Below, piece after piece: positions 27,161 through 41,341 of a stretch of DNA of 64,000 bases (within the stretch, counting starts at the first letter, position 1; each line of letters starts with the position of its first letter). The stretch is taken from assembly GCA_964016885.1 (NCBI GenBank), contig OZ024740.1, positions 157,108,001 to 157,172,000 of the forward strand, read 5' to 3'. Source of the DNA: Eledone cirrhosa (lineage: Eukaryota). The notes under the pieces are model-generated. The model was not told the DNA's origin. It worked only from the letters and a program-made list of their open reading frames with translations, and did no database searches. Made by a program: the position numbers and the translations under genes.

Positions 27161-27943
27161 CTCTGGTCGAGTAATCTTTGAAGTGTGGTGACTGCTGGAA
27201 AGCTTCCATTAGTCATACTTCTCGCCCCCTTTACCACCTCTTCTACGGCTTCGATATGAATACCCCCTCCACCTCCGTGGTATTTTCTTCGGGGTTATAA
27301 GAGGCTTAGCTCTGTTTCTCGACCGTTATATCGCGTGACTATCTCCCCCTCCGCCTTTTGGGATTCTTTCTCACGTCGTGTAGACGCGTTCTTGAAGCTA
27401 GTAAAATGAGGTATCCTCTTGATAAGTCGGCAGACCTCGCAAGGGCTCTATATCTTTATGATGTACTGTTTTTGTTTATGCCACGAAACTACGTAGTCGA
27501 GGAATCTAGGAGCAGTTTAGGTATGATACATGTTATTACTAATTATATCTAAATGTTCCTTCTCTCTTCATAATGTATTTTTAACTCTGATACTGGTTCA
27601 GTCTAGTTCAACCGGATTGGTCTGTCCCAGTCATTCATTGAGCAACATCGGTAAGGTTGGCACCATTAACTCACGGTTGGATGTGGATGCATTCATGTAT
27701 ATGTGTGTGTCCGCATGTATCTGTGTGTTTTTAAATATATTATATATATATGTATATATATTATATACAAAAGTTTCTGTGACAGATAGGCTGAAAAAGA
27801 CACACACAAAAAAAACACACAATCCCACACATACACAGACATGTGTTTATTGCTATGACAGACAAACTGAAAAAAACACATACATACATATACACATACA
27901 CTCACATGTGTGTACTGTTGTATATACACCCTCACTCTCTCTC

Positions 27944-28000
<57 letters not shown>

Positions 28001-28059
28001 GTACACATACAATCATACTACTACTCAGATTTCAGCTCTAACTTACAATCCCCTATCCC

Positions 28060-28420
28060 CTTTGAACTTTTGACCACTCGATTAACAATACACTCACAGG
28101 ATATTTTTCAAAACAACTTCCTCCATTGCAGAAAAACAAGTAAAGTTCTCCACCCAACCTTTCAGCAAGCAGGATGGAAGAAAATTTATTCAAACGTTTG
28201 ATTTTGATCTTAATTTTAAACCTTTCGTTTTTAACTCCAATCAACTCTTTTTAATTTTTTATTTTTTACACTCAACATTTGACAAGATGGATTTTAATAA
28301 CACATCGAAACCGGTAATTTCTTCATATACTTTATATACATCATAAACATTTTTTAAAAAAGAATTGTCCCTCTCATTTTTTAATAACATTATCTTTTCA
28401 ATAATGTTACTTTGACGAAT
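28060..28420 (+). mobile_element. Old PLE 3' remnant with decayed U3-A8 HHR
   Basis: LTTRLTIHSQDI resembles the GIY-YIG L..R..VHRQQI motif. Downstream TTGACAA gatg...catc GAAA ccgg TA at ~28279-28316. Confidence 0.4.
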
Positions 28421-28584
28421 CAAGAAAGAAAAACAGTGCTATTCCCAACTTCCTATTTTCTCTATATCCACTGTTTTGTATTGAATCCTTACTTCCCTTT
28501 TCTAATATATATATAACAAATAGTTTTATCACTCTACATGGCTGAATACAAGAAATTTAAATCTGAGTTTTTCGAGTATTAATA

Positions 28585-29075
28585 ATTGTTTCTACTTTAG
28601 GCACAAGGCCAGCAATTATCCAGTGCATTACTGGTACTTTATTTTATCGACCCCGTAAGGATGAAAGGCAAAGTCAACCTCGGCTAATAATAATATTCGA
28701 TTTGTTTCCAATTATGTAAACAGCCTCTTAAGCCATGTGAGTAGAATAACCTCGTCATTCTTACTCAACACAAGAGTATTATTAATACTCGAAAACTCAG
28801 ATTTCCATTTCTCATCTTGTGCCAATAGTAAAAACAATTATTATTATTATTATTATATTTGGGGAGGGTCATATTGTTATAATATTGCCAGAAATAATCG
28901 TTTCTACTTTTGGCACAAAATGTACCCAGTACATTACTGGTACTTTAGTTCATCGACCCCATAAGGATGAAAGGCAAAGTTAACCTCGACGGGATTTGAA
29001 CTCAGACCGTAAAGGGACGTAACTATGCTAGAAGGCATGGCGTCCAACCCTCTACAAATACTGCCAATTTAACCC
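28585..29075 (-). mobile_element. Two tRNA-derived SINE copies (family 1: 28585-28684 partial, 28897-29075)
   Basis: Reverse complement of gagttcaaatcccgccgaggttaactttgcctttcatccttacggggtcgataaaataaagtaccag. Confidence 0.85.
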
Positions 29076-29439
29076 CAGAAATAATAATAAAACACACCCA
29101 CTGTTTGGTCTGGATTGGTTTTCGCTTCTGTATCTTTTATATCTCCATAGTTAATTTATCTGGCAATCAATGTTTATCATTGATTGACCAACGGTTAAAA
29201 ATACAGGCATGAATATATATTATTCAAAATGTTAACAAATGAAAGATATTCTCATAATCAAAATATATACTTTATTATATACGGCCCTTTCCATTCTGAG
29301 TTCAAATCCCGCCGAGGTCACCTTTGCCTTTCATCCTTACGGGGTCGATAATATAAGAAATCAGAGAAAATCCTTAAGCGTTGGCAAGACAATTTCACTG
29401 GTTTATTTGATAATCCATCATCAGTTGATCATGATGTGC

Positions 29440-31130
29440 TAGATGGCATCCTCCAATGTGTTGGACATTTTAAAATGGATCGATTACCAGATTATAATGA
29501 GGTTAAAATGGCTATCAACTAGTTAAACACAGGTAAGGCACCTGGATCAGATGTTAGTAATAAGAACATAACACAAACAATACTCCATCTCATCACAAAG
29601 TGCCGTGTTGGAGCTCTTTTACCACAAGATTGGATAGATGGTATCTTGGTGACTTTATTTAAAGGTAAAGGGATAAAGGAATTTGCGATTACTACCGTGG
29701 CATCACTCTGTTGGAGTCTGTAGGCAAAGTTCTTGCTAGATTATTGTTGAATAGGTTGATGGAGGACATTTGTCCTACAGTAATCCTTGAATCACAAAGT
29801 GATCTGGCAGAGGAACGATTAATATGATCTTCTCTGCAAGGCAGATATAGGAGAAATGTATTGAGCAGCGGGCTCCTCTGTATCAGAGTTTTGTTGATCT
29901 GACAAAGGCTTTTGATACGGTGAACATAGGTGCACTGTGGAAAATATTAGGATAAAAAGGGTGCCCACCAAAGTTTATTTATATGTTCGTCCGACTGCTC
30001 AGAAATATAAAGGGTTGTCTTGAATGGAGAATTGTCCAATGAAATACCAGTTGATAATGGCGTGAAGCAGGGAGATATCCCGGCTCCCACACTGTTTTCA
30101 ATATTTTTTTACTCATGAATTCCAGGACTGTGTAAAGGGTGTTCTATTGCAAGTTAGAACTACAGGAAGGATCTTTGAACTAAGAAGGTTCAATTTCAAA
30201 TCCAAGGTGTTCCAAATATTAATTAGTATGCAAACGATGTTGACATTCTGGCTCACTCTCAAAATGACATGGATTGTTTTGCAGCTTCTTGTAATGCCTT
30301 TAGCATGAACATTCTAAAGAAGTCCAAGGTAATGTTGATCCCATCATCAGGGGAAGTATATATTGAGCCAAGTATAATAGTGCATAGAACTAGGTTGTGT
30401 GTAGTTGACACTTTTGTTTACCTGGATAGTGCATTATCAAGGGATGGTTCACTGGATGCAGAAATACACCTGCGCATTCAAAAGGCCTCTGTAGTCGTTG
30501 GAAAACTTGAAAAAAGAGTGTGGGCGGATCATGGCATTAATATCAAGACAAAGATTAGTGTGTACAAGACTTGCATTCCGAGTGCTCTGTTGTACTCCTC
30601 GGAAACGTGGACAGTACATCGTAGACACCTTAATTAGCTTGAACACTTTAATCAAAAGTGTATAATACGAATTCTAAACATCAAATGGCAAGAGAAAATA
30701 CCTGACACACAAATCCTTATAGATGCTGGTTGCACAAGCATTGAATCTGCCATCATATCCTCTCAAATGTGTTCAGTAGGCCATGTTATGCGCATGAATG
30801 AGGAAAGACTCGCAAAATAACTATTTTAGCACACTGGAAAACGCCCTCAGCACAAACCAAGATAAAGATATAAGGAATGCATAAAAAACAACCTTAATGA
30901 TCTACAATTTGAAGTTCAGGACGGGGAAGTGCTTGCTTTAAAGAGGACATGTGAAGGATGGCTGCAGAATATTTGAAGAGAGACGTCTGGACCATGAAAA
31001 ACTTAAACGTCAGCTTCGAAAAGGCCACAGTATGAACCTCAATAAAAACATAAGGAGCTGGATTTGAGAGGTGTGTGGTCGTTTACTGCTCTCTAAATCT
31101 GGGTACATCACTCATTTAAAATCATATAAA
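29440..31130 (+). mobile_element. Decayed RTE-clade LINE (RT and C-terminus)
   Basis: Frameshifted peptides GKAPGSD, YRGITLLESVGKVLARLLLNRL, FVDLTKAFDTVN, NGVKQG, SLDAEIHLRIQKAS, LLYSSETWT, plus a terminal C2H2-like segment. Confidence 0.9.
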
Positions 31131-31375
31131 TCATATAGATTGGTTGATTCAATTATAGCAGTAGTTAAATCTAAAATATTAAACCGTCGAAATTTTAATT
31201 TTCACATCCTCGCTTTCCTATAGTATCCTCCATTATTCCCCCTTCCCAATCATATGGTTCGGAAAGCAGAGCGTCTCTTCATTTCTGCCTTATTTGCATC
31301 AACTGCACATTGCACACATTGAGTCCTTCTTAACCGTTGTAGGTTGCTTATTCATGCATTGTATTATTATTTCTA

Positions 31376-31765
31376 AGTATCGGTAGAGAGTCGGACACTA
31401 TGCTTTCCAGCATAGAGTTACGGTCCTTTACGGTCTGAGTTCAAATCCTGCCAAGGTTAACTTTGCCTTTCATCCTTACGGGGTCGTTAAAATAAAGTAC
31501 CAGTAACGTACTGAGTCGATTTAATTGACTTTCTCCCCCCCCCCCCAATTACTGGCCTTGTGAAATCATTATTATTTGTGGATTGGCAGTATCGGTAGAG
31601 GGTCGGACGCCATGCTTTCCAGCATAGTTACGTCCCTTTACGATCTGAGTTCAAATCCCGCCGAGGTTGACTTTGCCTTTCATCCTTACGGGGTCGATAA
31701 AATAAAGTACCAGTAATGTACTGGATAATTACTGGCCTTGTGCCAAAGGTAGAAACAATTATTAT
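31376..31765 (+). mobile_element. Two tandem family-1 SINEs
   Basis: A-box-like tggcagtatcggtaga, B-box gagttcaaatcc, central gcctttcatccttacggggtcgataaaat domain (resembles the Meta/Sauria SINE central domain), (att)n tail. Confidence 0.88.
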
Positions 31766-32406
31766 TTCTAAAATCAACATAAGGCAGCATATTATTATGA
31801 AGGGTTGGGTGATTAAACTGAACTCAATACGTGACAGACACTTTAATATATCGAACAATCACGCGCGAAAAACGAAAGTGGCCTCAGCGAAATTTGATCT
31901 ATTGGTTCTGGTAGTTCACATCATTATATAATGCATTGTCAATCAAGAACATCGATTTTACTTTCTTCGTCAGAATCTGTTGGACACCACTTTCGATATT
32001 ATCTACAATTACTATTGACTACAACGCCATTGTTTAGAACAATTTCGTTGCAGTTAATAAAGAAGTTTTAATGAATTATGAAACGGTAACTAATTGTACT
32101 GTCCTAAGAGAGAATTACCAACTGATTCTTATCAATCTTCCATACTCTATTATTTCCAAGACAAATGGAAATTGTTTTCCCCTTAACTAACCTCTTTTCT
32201 GCCATTCATTGTATCTTAAAATTAAATTAAATTGACTTAATCTGACTCTATAACAAGCAGAATTATATGAATTGGTTCATGAACAATTAGTCAGAAAGAG
32301 TGCTAAAGATATTTGTATGTTACTTATATGCTTTGAAGTAAATACAAAAACAACGTCACTAATATATAAACTCTAAAACCTTGATAGCCAGAGGTTGACA
32401 TTATAT

Positions 32407-32595
32407 GGTGGATTGGCAGTATCGGTAGAGGGTCGGACGCCATGCTTTGACGCAATGAGTTACGGCCCTTGCCATTCTGAGTTCAAATCGCGCCGAGGTT
32501 AACTTTGCCTTTCATCCTTACGGGGTCGATAAAATAAAGTACCAGTAATGCACTGGGTAATTGCTGACCTTGTGCCAAAAAGTAGAAACAATTAT
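32407..32595 (+). mobile_element. Family-1 SINE
   Basis: Same consensus as 31577-31765. Confidence 0.9.
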
Positions 32596-32602
32596 ATATA
32601 CA

Positions 32603-33014
32603 CTAGCAGATGTACCCGGCGTTGCTCGGGAAATGAATGACAGCCTGAATTGTTCAAGGTCGTTTATGGCTTAGCTAGCAATTTCTGAGTGCATGTCAGC
32701 TTATGTCAGCTAATTGGCTAGCCAATGAGAGGTCGCCTCAATAGCACGTGCCAAATCGGCCTAGTACTTCAAAAGTTAAAAGGAGCCTAGTATTTGTACA
32801 CAGACAGATACACACATAAAATCGATTTTTCGGCCCCAATATCGATTTTTTTTCAAATTTGTTTCTGTCCAAAACCTGCTCTGGTATATAAGTAACATGT
32901 GTGCCAAATTTGGTTGAAATCGGCCTAGTACTTCAAAAGTTAAAAGGAGCCTAGTATTTGTACACAGACAGACACACACACACACACAGACCGACTTGCT
33001 TTTATATATATAGA
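32603..33014 (-). mobile_element. Non-autonomous Helitron, deletion derivative of the 14205-20305 family
   Basis: On the - strand: A|TCTATATATATAAAGCAAGTCGG ... cccgagcaacgccggg hairpin, tacatctgCTAG|T. Both ends are homologous to the autonomous copy. Confidence 0.92.
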
Positions 33015-35282
33015 TACCACGTCATGCAATTCGATTTAAGTTACTAATGTTAGTTGTTTAAAATATTATTAAACAGTAATTACAAGAAAACTATGTTTGA
33101 CTGCAGATATTTGCTTCAAGATAAAAAATTATTTTATGAATAGAGAAAATTAAAATAGTCCGCTGGCATATAAATTGGGCGGTGTTTCTTTCTGATGCTA
33201 TTTTGACTCGAGGTAAATAGCAAGATAAACATCTCGTGTTGTTATTTCCTTGCACAAAATGCCACCATTCACTAGGTTGATTGTTATTCTCAAACTTGTA
33301 TCTTCTTTCCAGAGCATAGCATTTCTCACGACAGCATACTATTTGAATGTGTAGGAGATAGAGTAAAGGCGGTAGGTCACCATTATTTTCTACGTGCTCA
33401 CAGAATGAGGAACTTGAAATCAGAACTTAAAGAGCAGAAACACAAAGTATCTCGCCCGATGCTCTAACAATTTCGCTAATCCATCGCCTCTGAATTTATA
33501 TTTTAGTTATCGACCCGAAACGTTTGACCTGGGTGCGATTTGAACTCAGAGCGTGAGAGCTGGAACATATACTGCAGATGCATTAATCCGACGCGCAAAC
33601 AATACTGTCAATTCTTCTCCCTCAAACTCCTGCAGCGTTATTTAAATAAGAGATAAATATTCCCCTGAATATGAAGTTAGTCAATTGCAAATGTAACTTT
33701 TGTCTGTGGATAGAGCTGAACTCAGCCTTATAGACAGACGTACGATTCATGGGATTTACAGTTCTTTCATAACTTGCATCATTGAATTATACTCCACCTC
33801 GACTGTGTGACCGCAGAATGGCCAAATAGGAACGAGGATTGCTTTATATTCATTTTGTTCTGTGTTCGAACCCACTTTCGGCAAGTGTAGACCCAAGTAT
33901 TGAGGGGGAAAATATGTAGATGGAAACTGTTTGGAAGCCTATCAAATGGACAGTACCTGTAATTCGAATGGCCAATCTTATCACACACTGTGTCAAGCTG
34001 AATCTCCTTGAGAATTATGTTTTGTGTATTCATGTCTATGGCATGCATGCTCAGCCACTTCCACGCTAATATTATAGGCAGGCTGTTTCGTTGATCTAAC
34101 ATCTAGATCACTTATCACCGAAACCGATGGATGTCTATTATATCTTGGCAGTACCTATAGGCTGTTCCGCGGACACAATCGTTCAGAACCAGGTATTTTG
34201 TTTTTGAACATATTGCAGGTCTTGCACCGCCAATTTCTTATGGCAATCCGTATTAAGCGATCAGCTCTTCTAAAAATCTCTTTCAACATGAAATTCATTA
34301 TTTGATTTATAGACAAGTTCACTAAGGGTTATCTTATGCTGGAAAATTTATTTAAAAGATTTCAAAGTTTTCAGCTAGGCAGATATTTCGCTTAGTTCAT
34401 CGATAACATTCTAATTATTTTAAGCTGGGCTTGTTGGAGGTGGGGTCAAGCCATAAAGTGATGAATCAGCTTGAATAAAAAATACAACAGGGCTGATGAA
34501 AGTTCAAATTGTAGCGCTCAATATTACATCTTAAGCCGCAATATTAGGCATGATAAAGTATTATACTAAAACGAACAATACCTTAATTAATGTTGCTCTG
34601 CAAAACATATTTACACATACATTTTGTAAAAAACACTAATTGACATTTTGAGAAAATTATTTTTTGTTGTGTGGTTGAGATGTTTGCTGTTCTATCACAT
34701 GGTTTTGGTTTCAATCCGACAGCAATGCGCATACGGAAAGCATTTTCTATTTTAACTCTGGATCTAACCAAATATTGTGAGAGAAATTGGATAGGCAGAA
34801 ACTGTGCAGAAATCCAATGTATAAAGAAGACCAGTTCTTGGATGGCGGACGTAATCCGCCACTTGGTGCACCATGACCACCTGGTCCCTAGGAATCCAGT
34901 CTGTTGCAAGTATTCGGATAAGGCCTCTAGTAGGATGATAACTAAATATTTAAATCCATTGTTTTCTAAAGTAATAGGAACAATTCTAACTCTCTTTTGT
35001 AAAACTAAACAAAAGATCATGGGCGTTGTCTTCCCTTCTTTGACTATTGCATAAACAGTAAAGGCCTTGGGATGGTAAACATTGTAAATCCTATTAGTAA
35101 ATGCAGCCATAACTCTCTAATTTGTATTTATTCTCAACCCTTTTTCGTTTTGAAGTCGAATTTCTCCAATGATCAGCTTTAGTGTTTTTCCAGTCAATAA
35201 AAATGTACCAGTCATATACTGCGGCATACTATGTTTTTGTCAGATTTCATTGTAAATAGCCAGTAGAGATAAGTACAGTTAA

Positions 35283-35748
35283 TAATTGTTTCTACTTTTG
35301 GCACAAGGCCAGCAATTACCCAGAGCATTACTGGTACTTTATTTTATCGACCCCGTAAGGATGAAAGACAAAGTTAACCTCAGCGGGATTTGAACTCAGA
35401 ATGGCAAGGGCCGTAACTCTATACGTCAAAGCATGGCGTCAGACCCTCTACCGATACTGCCAATCCACCGAGTTAATAATATCACAGAACTGGCATTCGA
35501 AGGAAGAAGATATTGAACAGATGGTTCAAGTAAGATGTGATATTCTTTCTACTATTGACACATGGCCAGCAGATGGGGGATATCGATTATATCGATCCCA
35601 GTACCTTAGTACTACTTTATTTTATCGACCCAGATGGGTGTAAGGCAAATTTGACCTCGGTAGAATTTGAAATTAGAATGTAAGGAGCGTAATAAATACT
35701 GCTAAGATTTGGCCGACGATATAACAATTTTGCTGATTCGCCGCCCTT
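35283..35748 (-). mobile_element. Two family-1 SINEs (young 35283-35470, diverged 35575-35748)
   Basis: Reverse-complement matches to the SINE consensus. Confidence 0.8.
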
Positions 35749-37314
35749 AGATGCAATCACGAGAAGAGACGATCATAAAATGTATTTTTAGTACAAAGTC
35801 TAATAACATTGAGGCGAGAGGGAAAGAAAACGAAGAGCATCGTTAAGTTTAGAAAGAGATGTAATACACCCAGGAAGTTCAACAGAACTGATACCAATAT
35901 AGTCGTACTAGACGAGGCAGTATAAACACAACTCGATACTGAGCCAGATGGGTTGATGAGTAAAAGATTGCTTATCAGTTGGACGGAGATCTTCCTCTTG
36001 TTTTTTCTTTTGTTTGTTTTTTTTTGCATATTTGTTTTTCATTTGTTTTTTGTAAGCAATCTAGAATGTATGTACGCATGTTAGGTGTAGAAATATAACT
36101 GGATTTATCAATCAAACTGAATGGCCCGACAAAGTAAGCAAAATTATATATCACGAAAGAATTACCTTTTAAGCTCAAGAGTAGTTGATCATCGACTAAT
36201 TTTCCGTTTAGTGTTTTGTTTCTTTCAGTTACATTAGTAGATAGCGTGTGTGGTGAAATAGCAGAGTCCTGAGAACGTCGGATAAAATGATTTGCGATAT
36301 TCTCTCTGCTCTCTTAGTTCAAATCCTGTCACGGTCAACTTGTCTTTTATTATTTCGGAGTCGATTAAAAATGTAGCTGTCCAGTACTGGGGTAAATTTT
36401 TCCTTTATATCTCTTCCGCTCACTCTTTTTCTCTTATTTTATGGAAGAAATCGGCTGTGTTCAGACCAGGTGAGTGGATGGGCTCCCTCAGTTTAAAAAC
36501 ATACCCAATACGCTGTATTTCACGACGGCGCCACTGCGACTCCATTAGGAACTACATGTCTATATATAAATACAGTTAGATGGAGTGTCACGAAGATTTG
36601 TTTTCGTTTTTGTTGTTCTTCTTGTTAGTTTTAATTCCCCTGTCCCATGCCGCCTCGGTCATTCCGTATATTTGTATACTTAGATCTGAGATTTCTAAAC
36701 TGTGTTTTGCTGATAATCTCTGAGTGTGTCGCGAAATTATGTAAAATCTAATCAGTTTTTATGAATATTTTGCAACGAAGCATATTTGAGATCTGACAAT
36801 TAAACGTGTGAGGGTGACATATGATGTGGTACTTAATTACGTATTTATTAATTAATATCATTAATTCTGTGTCGTTAACACAATATAATTAATTTGCTGA
36901 ACTCGAATCCCTGATATCTGGCGTGTTTTTTTCCCCTTATATAGACAGAACATACTACACTGGAACCAAACCTAGAATCTTGTGATTGAAAAGCAAATTT
37001 CTTAATCGGACGGACACTTATGCATTATTAATTTGATATATGTTTAAGTGAAACAGCTATAAACCAGAATCAAAAGAGTTTGTTGAGATCGGACTCACCG
37101 ACATCTGACATCTGTAAGTTTCCTACGAAGACAGAACATTTCAGATTTATAGATAAATATAATGAGATTGTGTGACGTTAAGTACTTCTCGCCTTCCAAT
37201 CGCAGATGCAGTGGAATTGTTACAACCGGATATCAAAATCCGATTCAATTGATCGTGATCTTATCGCTATTTTATATTACTCGCCGATTAGACAGCAACA
37301 TATCGTTGATGTGA

Positions 37315-37680
37315 TGGCGCGTGGCTTAGTGATTAGGGTAGTAATCTCATGATCGTGAAATAAATTTCAGGACTGGACTGCGCGTCGTTTCCTTGATCAA
37401 TGCACTTTTTTCACGTTGCTCCAGTCAACTCATCTGGAAAAAAAATTGATGTAACTGTGATTAAATAGGATAGCTGTTACACACACTGTCTCACGTTGAA
37501 TCTCCCTAAAATCTATGTTAAGTTTGGTTCTTTTGTGTTCCGACTTGGTGTGTCAGTTGGTGCAATATATCATAACAAGGAGGAATGTGTGCATGTGATG
37601 TGGAAATCTGTCACTTGCACATTAATTTCACGAGCAAGATATTCCATATTTCTAACAACTGGAGCATTCGTTTTCAGAAA
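37315..37680 (+). mobile_element. Diverged family-2 tRNA-derived SINE
   Basis: ggcgcgtggcttagtgattagg head and tccttgatcaatgcactt...cacgttgctccagtc body. Related to 42147 and 46709. Confidence 0.65.
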
Positions 37681-38209
37681 TGAAGGGATCCCCCAACACA
37701 CACAAAAGCACTTATCCTTGTGTTCTCATAAACATTACTATATTCACGTATAGAAAGACTCCACTACCCATCTAATCCCTAGTCTTTATTATTGCATTCT
37801 TTTAGTTGTATCAATCATTATATTATGGTAATGCTGTGAGTTTTATTTACTCATATAAACCGCTATACTTATTGTTAGACTAGCACTTATGTTATCGATC
37901 TATTAATCGAAACTTTATGTCAGACTAAAGAGTGAGTGTTATTGCTAGCTGAACAAGGTAGTTTTAAATGGTTGTTAGTTCTCATTAAAATGGCAGCAAA
38001 CTTTCCTTCAAATCACATCTATTCATTTTAAGAAATGGATAGGTGTCATACACAATATCTAAAATAAAAGGTAGTGTCGTCCAAACTTGGAATTCCTTCT
38101 ATCATTGGTCTTCTTGATCAGACCTTACTAGGGCCCGAACGATAACAACAACTATATTTGCCATGATACACGACATCATTAAAATGTTATTCTATCACAC
38201 ACACACATA

Positions 38210-38353
<144 letters not shown>

Positions 38354-38408
38354 TGTGTATCTCACTCTCAAGCACATGCACGCATTCTCTTTTCATACAT
38401 CATTATTA

Positions 38409-38990
38409 GGGCGGGTGGATTGGCAGTATCGGTAGAGAGTCGGACGCCATGCTTTCCAGCATAGTTACGTCCCTTTACGATCTGAGTTCAAATCCCGCGA
38501 GGTTGACTTTGCCTTTCATCCTTACGGGGTCGATAAAATAAAGTACCAGTAATGCACTGGCTTATTGCTGGCCTTGTGCCAAAAGTAGAAACAATTATTA
38601 GGGCGGTAGATTGGCAGTATCAGTAAAGCGTCAGACACCATCCTTTGCAGCATGGAGTTATGGCCCTTTATGTTCTGAGTTTAAATCCCGCCGAGGTTAA
38701 CTTTGCCTTTCATCCTTACGGGGTCGATAAAATAAAGTACCAGTGATGCACTGGGGTAATTACTTGCCTTGTGCCAAAAGTAGACACAATTATTATAACA
38801 GTGTCGGTAGAGCATCAGACACCATGTTCTGCAGCATGGAGTTATAGCCCTTTACGTTCTGAGTTGAAATCCCGCCGAGGTTAACTTTGCCTTTCATCCT
38901 TACAGGGTCGATAAAACAAAGTACCAGTAATACCCTGGGATAATTGCTGGCCTTGTGCCAAAAGTAGAAACAGTTATTATTGTTGTTATT
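38409..38990 (+). mobile_element. Three head-to-tail family-1 SINEs
   Basis: Units start at ~38409, 38601 and ~38799, each ending ttgtgccaaaagtagaaacaatt(att)n. Confidence 0.9.
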
Positions 38991-39077
38991 GCAATTATTG
39001 TTAATTCAATGTTAATTCAATATCTAATACACTCAAACTGTATGTATAGAACCATTTAAAAGACTATAGTGTATCAG

Positions 39078-39361
39078 CAGCTAGTCTCTTCTATCATCTG
39101 CAAGCGACGCCTGGGCTGGTTTGGACACGCTTTGAGACTTCCTCCGGAGAGACTGGCGAACCAAGTACTTAAATGGCACCCGCAGGGAAGCAGACGGAGA
39201 GGGCGACCCATTATGAACTGGCGCCAGACAGTTGAGAGGGACCTGCGAGCGACAAACAGACAATGGAGGGACGCTGTGCAACTGGCTGCTGACCGAACGC
39301 GATGGAACACTACGATTGCCTCATACGTCGCAAGACGCGGGAGCTTCTGAGTCTGAGTCTG
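39078..39361 (+). mobile_element. 5'-truncated RTE-like LINE 3' end with target site duplication
   Basis: RRLGWFGHALRLPPERLANQVLKWHPQGSRRRGRP..W. (CTGAGT)3 tail. agtgtatcag is duplicated at 39068-39077 and 39362-39371. Confidence 0.88.
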
Positions 39362-40262
39362 AGTGTATCAGGACATTTAACATGTGTAATCGATTATTCG
39401 AATGAATATATTTGTGAGAAAAAGATTACTTTTTAAAAATTTATTACGAAAAATCATAAAATCAGTTAACACGTGGGCTGGCAAAAGAATTTCAGAAACG
39501 GGAAATGATATACCCAAAAGCTCCACAAATATATGGTTGCTGGTGTAGCAGAAGAGAACAATCGTTATTTCGGATATGAGATTATGTGGTGGAAGGGCTG
39601 CTGGAGATAATCTTAATAGGTCATTCAAATGTTTTGGTGCGTGACCAAAGATAAACTTAGACAATAGAAATATTTTGAATTTCATTCGAACATATATTGG
39701 TAGCCAATATATCTATAGATATCTTCTTTCACTCCAGCTTTTTCCTTCTCTCTTTCTCCCTTTCTCTATCTCCCTTCCCCCTCTCTCTATCAACTGTTAC
39801 CTCTCCTTCTCTCTTTAAAATGCATTTATAATAAAATGCATTTATATTGTCACTTGTAAATACCGACATATCTTATTAGAACTTATTAAATTATGAGATT
39901 GGTGAATCTCTTTCATTTTAACTTTAAATAGCTTCAATCGCAGAATTTCAGCTCCACTCAAACGTATTGTCCTAATGACAACTCTGATATCTCTACTCTA
40001 TATAGTCGATATCTCTTCTAAATACAATTAAATTTCTCACATCAAACGGATTCCATATTATACTAGTTTTCATTTATTTGAGTAGAAGACTAATGCATCA
40101 TATATAGTGACGTGGCACTTCGATATGTTAAAATACAGATGATACACAGAATATGCATGTGATAATATGTGATAAAACCACATTGTAACATATGTTAAAA
40201 TCACATTCTATGTGATGACACTGCATCACAAGACGAGATAAAACCACATTATTATATTTGGA

Positions 40263-40950
40263 GGGCGGTGAATTGGCAGTAGAGACACCATGCTTTCCAG
40301 CATAGTTACGTCCCTTTACGGTCTGAGTTCAAATCCCGCCAAGGTTAACTTTGCCTTTCATCCTTACGGGGTTGATAAAATAAAGTACCAGTAATGCACT
40401 GGGTAATTGCTGGCCTTGTGCCAAAAATAGAAACAATTATTGTATGTGCTAAACCGATATTATATATGATAAAGCCACATTATATTATGATAAGGGCGGT
40501 GGATTGGCAGTATCGGTAGAGGGTCGGACGCCATGCTTTGACGCATAGAGTTACGGCCCTTGCCATTCTGAGTTCAAATCCCGCAGAGGTTAACTTTGCC
40601 TTTCATCCTTACGGGATCGATAAAATAAAGTACCAGTAATGCACTGGGTATTTGCTGGCCTTGTGCCAAAAGTAGAAACAATTATATTATGATAAAGCCA
40701 CATTATATTATGTGATAAAATCACATTATATGTAATGGTTTCTAATTTAGGCACCAGACCAGCAATTTCGGGGGAAGGAGAAAGTCGATTTAATAGACCC
40801 CAGTGCATTACTGGTACTTTATTTTATCGACCCTATAAGGATGAAAGGCAAAGCTAACCAAAGGAATTTCAACATAGAACGTAAAGAGCCATAACTAAAT
40901 ACTGCAAAGCATTTTTTCCGACGCTCTAACGATTCTGCCAATCCACCGAC
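40263..40950. mobile_element. Three family-1 SINEs (40263-40442 +, 40494-40685 +, 40737-40950 -)
   Basis: Matches to the SINE consensus. They sit within a gataaa(a/g)ccacatt minisatellite. Confidence 0.85.
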
Positions 40951-40959
40951 TTCACGTTA

Positions 40960-41341
40960 TCTCCTTATAATATATAACCAGCAATTTCTCTGTCTGTCTG
41001 TCCGACAGTGGAAACACGTGCGCGCGTGCGAATGTTTTTTGCGCACGCGTAGAGAGAGAGAGTGAGAGTGAAAGAAAGAGACAGACTACAAGAGGGGGAT
41101 AGCGGGAGGGAGAGAGGGGGGAATTGAGGAGTGCTACAGAAACATATATACATTTCTGTGTGTGTGTAATATATATATATATACACACACAGAAATATAT
41201 ATATATACACACAGAAATATATATACATTTCTGTGTGTGTAATATATATATATATATACACACAGAAATATATATTCATTTCTGTGTGTGTAATATATAT
41301 ATATACTAGCAGAAAACCACCCGTGGGCGGTTTTCTGCTAG
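40960..41341 (+). mobile_element. Probable small non-autonomous Helitron
   Basis: A|TC..tataatatataa..ctgtctgtctgtcc 5' end. Internal palindromic cagaaatatatatacatttctg repeats. 3' hairpin cagaaaaccaccc-gt-gggcggttttctg followed by CTAG. Confidence 0.55.

Noticed and set aside
34583-35110. 175-aa - strand ORF
   Set aside because: Overlaps a diverged SINE-like repeat and has no recognisable domain.
36629-36700. Candidate GPCR TM4 exon (LIPLSHAASVIPYICILRSEISK)
   Set aside because: The phase fits, but it lacks the conserved P....PW pattern and has a weak donor. Similar weak candidates at ~31975 and ~47000 fail on frame or stops.
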